This document shows positions 12,622-26,645 of a stretch of DNA of 64,000 bases, one piece after another. Every line of letters begins with the position of its first letter. Position 1 is the first letter of the stretch. This DNA comes from Phoronis australis (lineage: Eukaryota > Animalia > Phoronida): the NCBI GenBank assembly GCA_002633005.1, contig NMRA01000127.1, forward strand, positions 690,438 to 754,437, given 5' to 3'. Below the pieces are notes generated by a model. That model did no database searches, was not told the origin of the DNA, and was given only the letters and a program-made list of their open reading frames with translations. Made by a program: the position numbers and the translations under genes.

Positions 12622-13934
12622 ATAGCATGGGCGGCGCACTACAGGAGTCTGGGGAGCTATAACTCCCCACTTTTTTCAGTGCTGCTTCACTGATGTATAG
12701 GCACATCTTAAACATTGAGATAGTAGAGGTGACTCCATTTTAGGGCTCCCATTCTCCAGAGGAAACTGTTCTTGATGACCACTGTACTACCATTATGTGC
12801 ATGTGATATTGTTGAGCCCCCCAAAAAAAACAACTGTAGTGCAAGATTTACAGCTTTTTGTCTGATTCCATGTTGTCAACATGGTTGTTCTGTGTCTGGG
12901 CTGATTGGGACAGCCAGATTTGATTACTATCTAGTCTTTATTGGACTAATAAAACAGGTCCTGTGTTGACAGGCTGAAGTGGTGCCCTGTGGTTAAAATA
13001 GTTTGAATACCTTGGGATGTCCATTTGTCATCCTGTCTTATCTTTGTATATTCCGTTAGAAAATATTTTGATGTATTTTTACAACATGTTCAACTTCTAC
13101 CATCTGGGCAATTGTTTCTTTATTTTTGGTTGCTGATGGATAATTTTAAATTTTGGATTTTTTTATCAGATGTGGATGGGATTCAGTGATAAGGATGGGA
13201 CTTTCTTCAAATTTGAGCAAACTACACTGTCAATATTGTTATTTCCAAAATGTCCATAATTTTCGACTACGTATAATAACGTCAACAATTTATAACTGGC
13301 ATGAGATGCAACAAAATCATCCTGGTTTGTGGAAATTTTGTCAGTGACAAATTTCAGTTCAGTTGTTAAAAATTTACTGGCAGTACCACTGTTGCAGGAA
13401 TGTGTTTCAACAATTTCCAAAATCTTGATTATTTGCTCGACATACTTTAATAGGGAGTTGGTTAGCACTGACTAATTGCATTTTTTTGCAATAATTTTTT
13501 TTAATTTCACAATATTTATCCACATTTTTGCTCACATTAATCTGAAAAATCTAGTTCCTTAATGAGGTTGCGGTCAACTTGACCATTTATGATATCATAC
13601 ATAAACCTATTTATCATATCATAGTTAAGCCTAATGGTTTAATAGCTGTCCCTGGGGATCTCTAGTGACAGTAGCTTCATGATGAGAAAACCTATTCTTG
13701 ATAAACAATTGTAGTTTCTAAAATAACCACCAACAATTGGCTAGCTGACCAAGGCACTATAATTGTTTATAACACACGTGGGGTTTAGAGTCATCATAGG
13801 TGAAAGATTGACTTTTTCGAAAAGTGTATCAATACTTCGCTAAATTGACTCGCAATGTGAATTAGTGGATTGGGTTACTTCTGATACTTATCAGTGTGTT
13901 GAGACTATGGTTTTTCATTTTCATAAACATAGAA

Positions 13935-14544
13935 CAGTGCTCAATGCTCAGCTAAAGGCCAAGTTGCATTTGGCTACCTGGTAAAAATCCCAGGTCGCCA
14001 AACGAAATCTGAGGTTGCCGAAACTGAAAATCTGAGGCGTCCAAATTAATTCCGAGGTTTCCTATCCTATCTGGCGCATGAAAGTTTGTTGATTTGTTAA
14101 CGAACAGCCATAATACCACCCACTTATCCAACTTCCCAAGTAAATGACTAGTGTATAGACATATTATTTAATGGTGAACGAACATAGAATATGGACAACG
14201 TAATGAAACTGGTGATGCAAATTTCGCTGATTTTTCCTGATTTTTACCGAACAATTCCAACTTCTGTCTGTTTACATCCTGTCGTAAATAAAAGGGTGGT
14301 GGCGAGTGCTGTTTTCACGAAATCAACAGAACAGTTGTGAATCAAACATATTAAATCTAGGAAAACTGTTAGTAATTTAAAGTTTGGAAGTCAACATGAA
14401 CTTTGAAACGAATTTAGAGAGAATTATTGTCTGACTTTGGTTCTCGTAGTGGGAACTCCGTGGCAATTCGGAATTTTTCCCAGGACACCAAACAAAATTT
14501 GAGGTCCCATTCAGGCGACCAGCAAGTCGGTAAAGTGAGCGCTA
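13935..14544. mobile_element. hAT-like non-autonomous element (family C), inverted relative to 27971-28547
   Basis: Ends are CAGTGCTCAA...GTGAGCGCTA. Internal aacaattccaacttctgtctgtttac is the reverse complement of gtaaacagacggaagttggaattgtt at ~28265-28290. Confidence 0.7.
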
Positions 14545-15760
14545 AAGAATCAAACACAAAATAATATTTTGGAACTTATTGAATTCTCTACTACTATTTC
14601 AAAGTGATAAATAACAAAAATGCCTTATGAGGCTGAATTACGCTTCAGCTCCATTTCACCACTAATTTTCTACATGTCGTTATTGTTTTTTTTTTAAAAC
14701 CAGAAAAAGAACAGCGCCACCTTCAGAAAGAATGAACAACTGGTTTAACACGTCTGCTGCAAAATAATTGATAGATTTGTGGCCAGAATATATCGAACTT
14801 GATGGATTATTTTCTCAACTTAAAACAAAAAACAAAAAATACTAGAATTACAGCATCTGCTTCTGAAACATGCAACTCTATTCGAAATCTCTTAATTCTG
14901 TGAAAGCAGTCAGGTTCGGTGTGTTCCATCTCATCGGATTTCCGTTATCAAAACTTATCAAAATTGTTTTCCACAACAGAAAATTAAAACTTGATGAAAA
15001 CTACAAAATTCTTGAACACTATCCTACGATAAATCTTGGAATAAATACTCTGAACTGGTGCCATAAGTCCAAAATGTCATAACTTATTGAAGATATAAGT
15101 AGTAAATTTCCCAGAAGTTCAGACTCGGTGCATAGGTTTTCAAACTTGATGCTATTAATTAAGTTAAACTTGAGTCGCAATTTAAACTCGAACAGTGGCG
15201 AGTCAAAACAAGTACTGAAAACACTGTAAATTTTGCTGAATTACTTCAGCACCTGCTCTTTGATATTTATATTCACTGTTTTGTTCAAATAAATAGCAAA
15301 TGTTAAATCCCTCATTTACCATCATAAAATCCCCAGATCCACATGCATTACATAAATTGCATTGTTGAACAACCTCTCTGTCTGATGACACCTAAAAGTA
15401 ATGAAACAAAGTGGAGAACATGAATAATAACCTTCAAAGTATCACAATATTTGTGCTTAAAATGTCAATTGCTGTGTTAAACTGACATTATCGACCAGAA
15501 AAGTGTCTTTTTAGATTGTCTACAACTAGGAATTGAACTCACAACTTGAGCGGTTGGAGTCTAATGCTTCACTGGCGTAGGTAAACCCACTCTTTAAATG
15601 AAGTTTCATCAAAGCGAGTAGCTGAATAATCTCCATCGAAGTGAGCCCAGACCCAGCGGAATTATATAGAGGAAACGCTTGAGGGTCAACTCATGTAAAC
15701 TAAAGTATAAACTTATTATAATGTCTGATAATGATGTACAGCTGAATGGTGAATGAAATC

Positions 15761-16095
15761 AGTATAAGGTCGCCTAGAGTCCGTCTACGAACGTGTCTGG
15801 ACTGTGAATCTCTCTTTCACAGAAACTGCAATTCACCGGAAACCGAGTTAAACAATGCAACTGTACCGCACTTGAAAAATCCGAATTACGTAATAAGATT
15901 AGTTTCAACATTCTACAAAAATTCTAAATGGGTCCAGAGTTTGTAAGTTTATATTTGTTTTACATGTTTAAGTCTCAATGTTTTCGATAAAAAATAATTG
16001 CCAAAGTTGATCTTTTTTCATTTTTCAAAGGGTTTCTTACATTGCTATGAACACCCACAATTTCTCAAAATATTGTTTAATGGATACTATGGTAA
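15761..16095. repeat. Dispersed repeat, same-orientation homologue of ~39858-40200
   Basis: Shared blocks tagagtccgtct, aaaaatccgaatta, cattctacaaaaat and aaaaataattgcca.agttgatcttttttc. Confidence 0.75.
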
Positions 16096-17477
16096 AGGAC
16101 TCTTTTATTTAGTGTTATAGTCAAGTCACCATCAACGATTCCTGTTTTTAATGTTCTGTCACTTATAACGTTCCATTCCAAAAGTCCCATTGTTCTTTAT
16201 TTCAAAGTACCTTTCTACACTTTGTTTTTACCGAACACAAACAAAAACGTTCAGTCTGTTATAACGTACCAATTTCAATGTTCTATTGTATAACTTCATC
16301 AGCTTAACAGCAAACCACCGCATGTGAGTCTAGAAATTGATCATCTGCAGACGTCTCGATTCCATATTTGTGCACACGGTGTGAGTGCATGCGCGCGATG
16401 TGCTGCGCGCTGCCGGGGCACGCGGTTGGACAGCTTTGCAAACAAAAAATGGTGAGTTAACGGTTCTTATGATCTTTATTTTATCTAAAATTTGAACCTT
16501 AGAATGAACATTTTCAATAGGTCCTGGGAGTCATGTTGTAACCAGGTCCGACTGTAAAAGAAAGAAAATAAAATTTCACTTGTCTGCCATATTGTGTCCT
16601 AAATTACTGAGATTTTACCATTAATAACATTCGTTGGGTATCGTTATTAAAGCAGTGTTTTTGGGTGAATGAAGCATTGCTATATGCACTGAGGTAAGGT
16701 TGAACTATTAAACACAGTTGAACTAACTACGCTGCATGTTCTCTTAATTCAGAAACAGAAGTACATAAATAAAGGAATATTTATTCAACAGAGAGAATTT
16801 AGCACAAACAACAATAAATATACTTGCCATGCTATAAATTCTTTGATTCTACCAGTTTTCTTGCACGCTCATCCATTTATTCATGTCCACAGTAGCTGTG
16901 GACCTGTCCATGTAATTGCGCCTTGACTGTGTGATTTGGGCCGATGTTTTAAGATGTTACAGGACAAGACAAAAATTTCTGTTGCCCTATCATGATGACA
17001 TTCCATTTCCCACCAAAAATGATGGTTAATATCGACAAAACAGTGTGACTTAGTCAACTTATTAACTTTCTTGTAATTCCCCCCATTCTTGCTGTTGAGA
17101 GAACGGCTTTACCCTAGCCGACATGACTGGGAATTGCGGGTCATTTTGTCTGCTTAGTTTTGGCTTGTACTGCAATGCACTCCAGATAACAACTGATGTA
17201 TTCAGTGATGCATAACAGGGTATCTGCCCTCTGATAAAATAGTGCCAAGGGTCAAATCCATAAACCAATACTTGCACCCACGCACATTTTGCTACTGACC
17301 TAAAGAATGCACTGTGTTTTTCACTTCACCTGGTTTTAAACCAGGTGTGATTATGGTTAGATCATAATGATGATTTCTGCTCTCATAGAAATCATCATCA
17401 GAGTGGAACTGCCTGGCACTGGAGAGCTCTCAGGACTTAAGCATATGGTGGATTTAACGCCAGATCTATCTTGCTCT

Positions 17478-17677
17478 GTATGGTAAAATCTTACAAAGTT
17501 CGAACAAAAATAGTTGCCAAATTGCTCTCTTTTGATTTTCAAGGATTCTTGTGTTGTTGGTGGTTGCTATGATACAGACCTTGAACATGGAAAAATGTTA
17601 CTTTCACAGAATAATTTGAGAAAATCAAATTGAACTTTTCGGCCATGTTTCCTAAACTGGTTAGATTTTTACCATAC
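17478..17677. mobile_element. ~200-bp MITE-like element (family B)
   Basis: Inverted termini GTATGGTAAAATCT and AGATTTTTACCATAC. Related end motifs (aaatttcacttgtcngccatattgtg...gattttaccata) recur at ~16570, ~20022, ~20977, ~23450 (reverse), ~34584, ~40291 and ~50345. Confidence 0.6.
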
Positions 17678-18075
17678 TATTTAAAGTTATGTAGGACTTA
17701 TCGACAAGTCTGTGTAAGTTATATACAAAAGTATAGATTTTAACTCAGTGAAAGTATATATTTTTGAAATTAAAATTTGATTTTCGACTTTATGCCTATG
17801 TGCCTTTAATTGGGTCACATGACCAAGCTATTGAAACTTTTGAAGTAGCCACGTGATCTTGTTTCGAGTCAGCTGCATGTCGAAATACTGCTTGCACATC
17901 CGCATCAATCATCTCAAAATTCACCAGGTGGCGCCAATTAGCGAGGGTCCTTCCCGTAGAAATTTATGCAGATGAAGTAATCACATGGGAACCTTTTCAC
18001 ATGAACGACCACCTCATGCTGATATCAATCTATTCATATGTTAAAACAGGAACCTTTTCATATTAACGTCACCTA

Positions 18076-18498
18076 AGTGCCGTCTACACTTACAAAGTTG
18101 GCACGAATCAGCTGACATGGAGCGAGTTGTTCCAGTGTGTAAACGGACTGACACGGAGCAAATTGACACCGTGGTGACAAATTTTTGCCACCCATATGTA
18201 AGGTAGAGCAATATGCGCCTGAACATCTTGCGCCGTGTCAATTATAAGTCTAAACGCGAAACTGGAGCAATGCGGAAAGGATCATCTCTACTGCGCTTGC
18301 TTAATGACCTAGGTGTGGGTTCTTTGTCTCTGCAACTCTTGTCACTGGTAAACCTGCGCATGTGCGATCCAGTCTCTCGAGCCTGCAATTTCCGTCTTGC
18401 CACGGTTAGTGAGTTGTATGTGTAAACAGCTGCTTGACACGGGTCAGTTTGCTCTGTGTCAGTTGCGCCGGGCCAAAAGTTGAAGTCTAAGTGGGACT
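18076..18498. mobile_element. PIF/Harbinger-like MITE (family D)
   Basis: Imperfect TIRs AGTGCCGTCTACAC... and ...GTCTAAGTGGGACT with CTA/TTA flanks. A closely similar inverted copy lies at 53586-53981. Confidence 0.8.
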
Positions 18499-19711
18499 TT
18501 AGTGTGTATGGAGTTCCTTACTATGACATTCCTTTGTGAGGGGCAAGGGTTCCCACTACCCAGTGTTTTCTTATCAAAGAACGTCTGTCTTGAAGTGCCT
18601 TCTGTTTTTGAAAATGTCATCTTAGAAACAGGAGGTGACACATTAGCCATCTTGCTCCAGTTTCAAATTAGCCATGTTAGCATAGTTACACCTTAACACA
18701 GAATAACAAATGCTGTGATACATGGTGCGATTCTTGTTGTCATTACAAATGACAGTAATAAGAAGAATTCTGAAGTTAGTTTCTGAGACAATTCATTTCA
18801 AATGTAAGTCCAGTCACCTGATCGATAACACATTATAGTAATTTTTATTAGTAAGTTCAAAGTGAAATATGCTTCGATGACAAACTCAGATAGTACTGAT
18901 GAAACTCACAAATGGGGTAGTGCATTCCTAGGAAAGCACTCCAAAATGTTCAAGTTATGACATCAAAGCAACTATTTTAGGTTGTACAGGACCTTAGTAA
19001 GAATGTCGAGATGTGGCTAACTTCGGAACATCATGTTTCCAAAATGGCTGCTTGGATTCAAATGAAACGTTCAGATACTAAGGTTGATTCAGTGTTCTCC
19101 AAAATGATGTGATAAACTGTTTTTTTAAATTGGTCCACTCTTGCATGAGGAGCTATCAACAAATGGGAATATTATGGTTTTAATGAAAAAATGAAAAGTT
19201 GTGTAAGATGAACATGAAATGATGAATTAGAAAACTTTCATCCTTTTTCATCTTGAACATTTGCTCATGTCATCGCTTTGCTGGGATTGTACTTTTCTTT
19301 TTTGCCAATTTTTTTCTAAAAGACGTGGTCATGTGACCAACTAAAGGTATAAAGTTGAAAGTTATATTCTACAGATTTCTGCTGGAATTAAAATCTATAG
19401 CTTTGTAAATATTTGACTCAGAATTTGCAGACTTGTGGATAAGATCCTAAATAATCTATATGATTGTGTGGGACCATAGAAAAATGTTGAGTTGGGGTTA
19501 ACATTATAAGCTTTTGATCAAATTCATATAAGAATTTTAGATTCTATTTACCTATGGCCACTTTCAGAACTGGTACTTCTGCCGTTGGTATTTTTCTGGT
19601 ATTCTCTTATTTATTGTTGGACACGTATATACAAGGAATTGACTACGGTAACGTTGTACTCCTGAACAGGTAATCACGCGTGGTCAAATTCACATCCTTT
19701 GCAGTAGAATA

Positions 19712-19819
19712 GCAAGTTTGTGTGAAACTCTATTGAATGCAAGTTTGTGTGAAACTATATTGAATGCAAGTTTGTGTGAAACTATATTGAATGCAAGTTT
19801 GTGTGAAACTATATTGAAT
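19712..19819. repeat. Tandem repeat, 27-bp unit x4 (GCAAGTTTGTGTGAAACTATATTGAAT)
   Basis: Directly visible; one substitution in the first unit. Confidence 0.95.
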
Positions 19820-22810
19820 TCAAAAATTGTTAAGGATGATACCCTACGCGGCTTTGAGAATAGCAATACGGTAACATCTCATCAATTTTGGACAAAAATA
19901 ACGACTAAAATTGATTTTTTTTCATTTCTTAAGAGCTTCTGAAGGTAGTAATGGCATAGACCTTTAAAATGGTTGCATTCATATGGTGCTGGTAAGCTTT
20001 GATTAATAAAAATGAAAGCATAAAATTTCACTTGTCAGCCATATTGTGTACTAAACTGGCAAGATTTTACCATACTAACTTGATTGTGAATTTGCATGTG
20101 GTTCAAGCAGTTGCCTGTCAAAGACACCTGTCATTTGCTTGGTACACTTGCAGGATTAGGGATTTACCTATTGGGGATAATGACATACCACTTGAAAAAC
20201 CTGTTTAGTTTTCATGTCTGTTTCAGAAGATTATATATTTGAATGCCAAGTAATCCGGCTTAGGTGAACGTAACTAATTATAGATTGATTATAGTAATCC
20301 CTCGCTCTGACATTTTAATTTGAAACTGGCACTTATTTTAATACTAAAGTATGTGTTAATAAACGTTTTTTAATCTGGTAAAAACGTATTTCCCTGGATT
20401 ACTCTATGTTGTTTGATAATTGTCATGCACTTTAAGCAAAAACTTACGAATGATACCGTATAATTTTCTTAGTTCTAAAATGTTGTAGAGGAGTTTAAGT
20501 GCTATTCCAAATGTCAGACACACTGTGTAGTCTGCTAATTTAAGATGGTTTACTCAGTATTTACCTGAATCATTTCGGTTAGCAGACAATGCAATTTAAA
20601 TCCGCATTTCACTCTGTTTAGATGCAGCTGGCTCGAAAATGAAAACCGCATTGGATCTTTTACTCCTATAAAATCAGTCTGGTAATATTCTTTACTGTGA
20701 CAGGACTCTACTTAGAAATCTTAACTAACAATAACACCAATGTCATTACTGGGTTGTACCCTAACTCCAGAAAACAGTTCAGACTTTATTGGGATACAAA
20801 TTTTTGCCAAAAATGCTGCCTTTTCATTTTCAAGGGATTCTAACATTGTTAGTGCCCACAGTTCTTCATTTTTTGTGTAGTTTGGTACAATATTTAGACA
20901 TGGAAAATCATTTGTTTAGTTATTGAAAACCATCTAATTTGGTGTTGTATATGTTTCATGGAAAAATGATAAAATAAAATTTCACTTGTTGGCCATATTG
21001 CTTCCACAATTAGGTAGATTTGAACGTAGTATAACTCATGAATCTACCTCTATATAAGGACGGAAGTTCTGTATTTTCAACAAAAACATGTTATTTCTTG
21101 TTAGTACCCTGGTTAATGATTGGCTTCTGCTTACGTCATGCATGTTTTGTTTGCACTTCTCCTCGTCTCCTCATCTTCCGGGGAAAACAGGAGTGGGCGT
21201 TGTTGGCTTTGGTGAAAGGAAGATGAGAAAAGCCCACATTTCCAAGTAGATGTTCTATTATTTGCTGTGCCTTGTTCTGGATTGAGACTTGGTTGTGAGC
21301 AAAAAAATGGAAATGGCACTGGCAGGAGCGATTTGACCTTTTCGTTTAACCAGGGCGCTTGTTTCTTAAAATCCCTCTTTTCCCGTCACCACTAATTCCA
21401 GCCCTGGTGTGCAACCTTTGATGAAGCTTCAAGTAGCCAAAACTAATGTTTTACAGAAGTGATTCTAACTTTGAGCTGATTTTTTTAATTACCGGAGGGA
21501 AATGTTTGGGCTTACCACGGGAATTTCACACAATATTTCCCTAGGGGAATCAAGGCATCGAAGGCTCTGGTAAAGTTGCTGCTTTCCAACATCAAAAGTT
21601 TTATTTTGAAATGCCCGTGCTTGTCTAAATGCTCATTGCCTGATTTTTGAATTCCTTAATTAGGTGTCCTGAACATTAACAGGAAGAGAATGGTATTTTG
21701 AAATTTCCTAAGTGGTAAATTGAACATTTTGGTTGGCACTCAAATGAAGTTTGGATTCCTGTTGGCAGGTGTTTGCAAATTGCTGTATTGAGCCACCTAT
21801 GCCACTTCTTATTTCATCGGCCAAGCTGTTTTTTATTGATACCCTGAGATGTTAGCACACGCCATTTTTGGATCTTACCTCACTTCTCAAATTGAGCCCA
21901 TCTAAGCTTGATGATTTGCAGAATATGGTGTTTTTTATCTGGCAGTCTTACAGTTGGACAGGTCAGAGATATCAAGGGTTTGAATTGGTTTGAAAATCGC
22001 ATTTGTAGGGATTTGATTAGAGCAGCGGTAATCCCCCAGTGACAACTATTCCCAAGTGGCAGCTTTCAAAGGTCAAAGTTACCAGTCCGCGATCTATGGT
22101 CTCAATAACAGAAATTAGGGTTATGTCACGCGTCACGTGAAGGGCTTCGAATTGTCCCGTGAAATCAGAGGCCACTTTTGATCGTAAAAATAGTTCAAAC
22201 ACTTTGTAATACAGTAATTCGTCACTAATTTTGTAATTTGCACACCCAAAATGAATAACTGGCTTTTGTTATTTGAAGCTCTGAAGGAAGGATCTGGCGT
22301 GTTGGGGCCCATGTTTAGTCATCGGGTTTGCGAAGATAGTGAAAGTTTAGTAATACCATGTATAGCTATCATCATTGGAATAAGTTTCCAATTAAACTTG
22401 TATTTTGCAATAATCACTTGAGGTGTGAACAATTTGCCATTGATTTTTCATCAAATTGCCGCTGAAGTTTCTAGTTATTTTATTAGTATTGCTGCTAGTG
22501 TTTTTCATTTCCATTCCTGTCAAATTTGACATTCTTATCACAATTTGCAAGTGATAAGGCACTGTGTTTATCTGTAAGGGCTATGTATTGTAATACCATA
22601 TTCGTCTGTGATAGTGCCCACTTGGGCGAAACACCCAACACTTAAATTTTCAATTTTTTTGTTTAAATTCCTGTATTTCATCATACGTCCATCTACTGCA
22701 TGGTCAGGAGATTGTTTGCCGTTTAAAGTGCTCAAATAATGATTGCTTTGGCAAATGCTTCCTCTCGCCTGAGTTTTTCCAACTGAAGCTATTTGCTTTT
22801 CAGCCACGCA

Positions 22811-22874
22811 CAAAATTTGGTACACAGCTAATATAAATAGCCCAAAATTTGGTACACAGCTAATATAAATAGCC
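22811..22874. repeat. Perfect 32-bp tandem duplication
   Basis: CAAAATTTGGTACACAGCTAATATAAATAGCC x2. Confidence 0.95.
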
Positions 22875-25800
22875 TGAAATTTCTGATGAGTGAGTGGGTG
22901 GTCGTATGGTGTTGGAAATATCCCTGAAACTGAATCCTAAGCTCCAGCCAGTTAGGTGATAAATCTGTTTTGTTTTCTTTCTCAGTTATGATTGCTAGCT
23001 TGTTGTACAGTTACCAAGTTTTTGACAGGCCCCAGTGATTTACCTGGTGGCCTAAACAAACAAGCGTGACATTTACAAAGGGTACGCTGATTGGCAGGGA
23101 CTTGTAAACATAGTTATGTTGTGAAAACAGAGGGTGTTCATTACTGTGGAACCTTTTGAGAATCACTCAATGCTGCTCCAAAGAATTAATGTCAAGTTAA
23201 ACATGGGGTATAATGTTCTGATGCAGTCATGTGAGCAAATTATGGCAAGTTTTCAGTTCATTCTCTTTCATGTTTCATTGACATTGTGAAGGATTGTTGT
23301 AAATCCTTTGCTGAAATAAACACTTCCCTCTGTGGCGTTCTCAATATTGACATGGTAGTTCTCTGACTGAGAAGACAACCAGGAAATCACGTGGAATCTA
23401 TAAATCGGCCACACACGGTACAGCATGATTTATTGAAAACCATGTACGCCAAAATCTCACCGATTTAGGGCACAATATGGCTGACAAGTGAAATTTCATT
23501 TTCTTAATTTTTCATGAAATATGAGAATTGCCAAATAAATGCTATATGATTTTGAAATACCAATACCCTAGCTACTATCAGACAATGATTCTGAGAAATC
23601 GTAGCCATCGGCTGCAATGTTAAAAGATTTTGAAAATAAAAAAGAACAATTTTGACAATTATTTATATCCTAAACTGGTGAGAATTTATGTATTGGACGC
23701 AGACATGAGGTATGTATGCATCTACGGTGTTGGGATCAGGCTTTTGTTTACAGCGCAGATTCAGATTTGTCAGTTCATTTCGGTGTTCCAAACTATAGTG
23801 ACTGTCCCAAACTGGAGTTTTTACTGCAGGTGTTCCAGTAGAGGAGAGTGCACGTGACATTAATTTTGAGAGGATTTCGGCCACTGTGGTGTCCCCTAGT
23901 GGCAATTTAGGTTTTCTTTGTGTATGCCTCTACATGGAGTCTGGCAAGGTACCTGATGGATGTTAACGAAATTTCCCTGGTAAGTTTTTATCAAGGGGAG
24001 AACAAAACTTGCCTAGTTTCAGTTAGATTTTAATTACAAATGCTGTGTCCTCTAGTAGCCTTTTTATTTGATATATTCCGTGATACTAATAAACACCCCT
24101 AGAATCATACCGTTTGCGGTGATGTGGCGCATCATTGGTGCATTTCAAGGACTTGCGGCATTGTATTGTTTTTTGTTATCTTTTTGAGTTTAGGAAGTGG
24201 GGAGAGGCTGGGATTATGGCCATTGTTGGTGTCTGCATAGAGGTCACAAACCTTAATTCATTGAATTGTCCTATACCTTATGTGTAATAAAAGTTGTGGA
24301 ATCGACCTTTTAATTGCTTGAGAACTATTGAAATGAGTCTTTGATGAATGGTATCTTTACCAGTGATGTGTAGATGTCCAAAATCTATGAACAGAATGGA
24401 TTTACATATTTGCTTGTCTGGCTAATTTTGTTCTTTTAACTCATTCCAGTGACTTTTAAACTATTAGTGACTTTTATTTGAATGTATTACCTATAATAAA
24501 GTGGATTTGACTACATTAGCTGTAATAAAATGTGTTCTATCATTAAGATTGATAGTCACTGTTTGCTCGTGAACTCTGTTAAGGAATTTTATTTTCAATG
24601 CGGTTGAGTGATTTGTAATTCATCTTGTAGTAAAATGGCACTAATTTTGGGCAAAAACAATATCTGAAATAACCCCTTTTCAATTTTCAAAAGGTTCCGA
24701 CATTGTTGTGACTGTCTACAGTTGAACCCTGAAAATGTTAAAGCATTTGGTACCACTTGTCTTTTATGAAAATACGAGAAATTGAGATTTGACCAAATTA
24801 TGTCATATTTGGCAACATTTTACAAGTCCTGTAGATAATGAACATCAACCACGAGCACAATTTATTATTGGGTTTCATCTCATGGCTTTGCATTTTACCT
24901 CCCTGGAGTCACAGTCTACTGTGAAATCAATCCTGAAATATCCCAGTGTCAACCCTTATCAGCAAGACTTAGGAAAAAAGTCCCAGCTAAGACCAATTAT
25001 AGCTCAGGCGAGATAACCTTGATCTAAATTAAGTACCCATAGTTTTTTTTTGCCAGTAACCCTGCTGTTTACTTCACTAGTAAATAATGCGAATCTTGCT
25101 GTCTATAACCATCACGGCTCCAGTTTGTGGTGCCTCCTCATAGTCTGTTAGGTATTAGCTTCAATTTGAGATGTACATGGAATATGATGGACTTGTTGTA
25201 TTGTGTCTGAGTTGGACTTGTAATGTGATATAGTTACTACATACTCCATTCCGTTTTTGAGGAATGATGATCTAGACTTTCCCAGTGTGTTATGTGTATG
25301 ATGTGACCTATGAAAGGTGATAAAAACTGTCTGTTGTTGCAACCAACAAGACTGAGGTGAAATATTGCCGGTGTTATCTTACGTTTAGAACCCAAACTAT
25401 TAGAGAATATCGTGGATTTTAAGCACACCTGGTGTCTGCAAAAGGTATTGCACATCATCTTTACCTTTGTCATTATAGGCCTGGGTAAGACAGTGTTTTC
25501 CATATTGTTTGCTCACATTGGTTATATTGTATTCAACTAACACCTGAAATCACATTGAAGCGTAACATCTTATTTGAGAGTGCTGTGATTGTGTTTTTGC
25601 ACTCAGGTGGCAGCAGGGGACTTTCTGTGCTGTTAACATGACACTTTTGACATGGAACAAAAGATTTATGATGCATATACCATGTGTCACAGCGCCACCT
25701 ATGTGGAAAAGTGGCCCTGAATAACGAGTAGAAATCAGTGTGTGAGGGAACCAATGCTCATGCTTTGGTTTGGGCATTTGTCTTCAACATATCAGATGGA

Positions 25801-26439
25801 AATGATAGCAAATCATTTTTTTATTTCATTTGATGTTTTGTGTCTAATAGCGCAAGCTTGTGTGGACTGTTCTTGCAGTTTTAGCAACAAAGAATTTTTC
25901 AGTAGATGGAGCTGCATACCGATGCATTTCTCAACATCAGTCAGTCGGAATGTTTGAATGTTATTTCCAGCCAATTACGATATTCGAATATTACTTTATT
26001 CTGTAAACCAATCAAAAGCCATGTTACAAATATTTTCCCAGTGCTTCCTGTCATAGCATTGGAGCAGAGTGGCACATATTGCTGTGATGGAAGTTACCAT
26101 GGAAACAATGTGACACGGTGCAATTGGAATCCTACTGGAATAGCCGTTTTCTGGTGTATTAGAAATATGGTGAAATATGCCTTACGTCTAGATGGGGATT
26201 AGGTAGTTGTTAGACAGATTTCTGCAGTCTTGTACGAGGATTTGATGCAATGGGGTTTCCAAGCATTTTACATAAATCCGTTGTGATCATTGCCAATTTA
26301 TTTACCTCTGTTGTACTATGATGTCCTTGATTAAAGGAATTTGCATTTCGTCCGTCTGTCACTGCGTTTCGTCTTGCACTCCAGAATTAGAAATTGGGTC
26401 GAGCGAAAGTTTTTTAAACACTGTCACAATGCTAAATGT

Positions 26440-26645
26440 GACTCCGAGTTATCGCAACTCCATCTCAACTTGCCTTACCTTTTACACTTCAGTAATAGTT
26501 ACCACTAGTTCTAGGGATTAAATACCTGATGGCGTTGTTGACTCATAACCATGACTTGAATACAATATCTGTGTTGCATGATGCAACCTCCAGCAATTAC
26601 TCCCATTGGAGTGGGGTTAACCTTTTCCACTGCAGGGGAGTTGTT
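26440..26645. repeat. Old dispersed repeat, homologous to ~59992-60165
   Basis: Shared ttatc.caactccat, tagttctagggatt.aa..cc.gatgg.gt.gttga and cttttccactgcaggg. Confidence 0.65.

Noticed and set aside
17327-17347. Palindrome CACCTGGTTTTAAACCAGGTG
   Set aside because: Isolated short inverted repeat with no supporting context.
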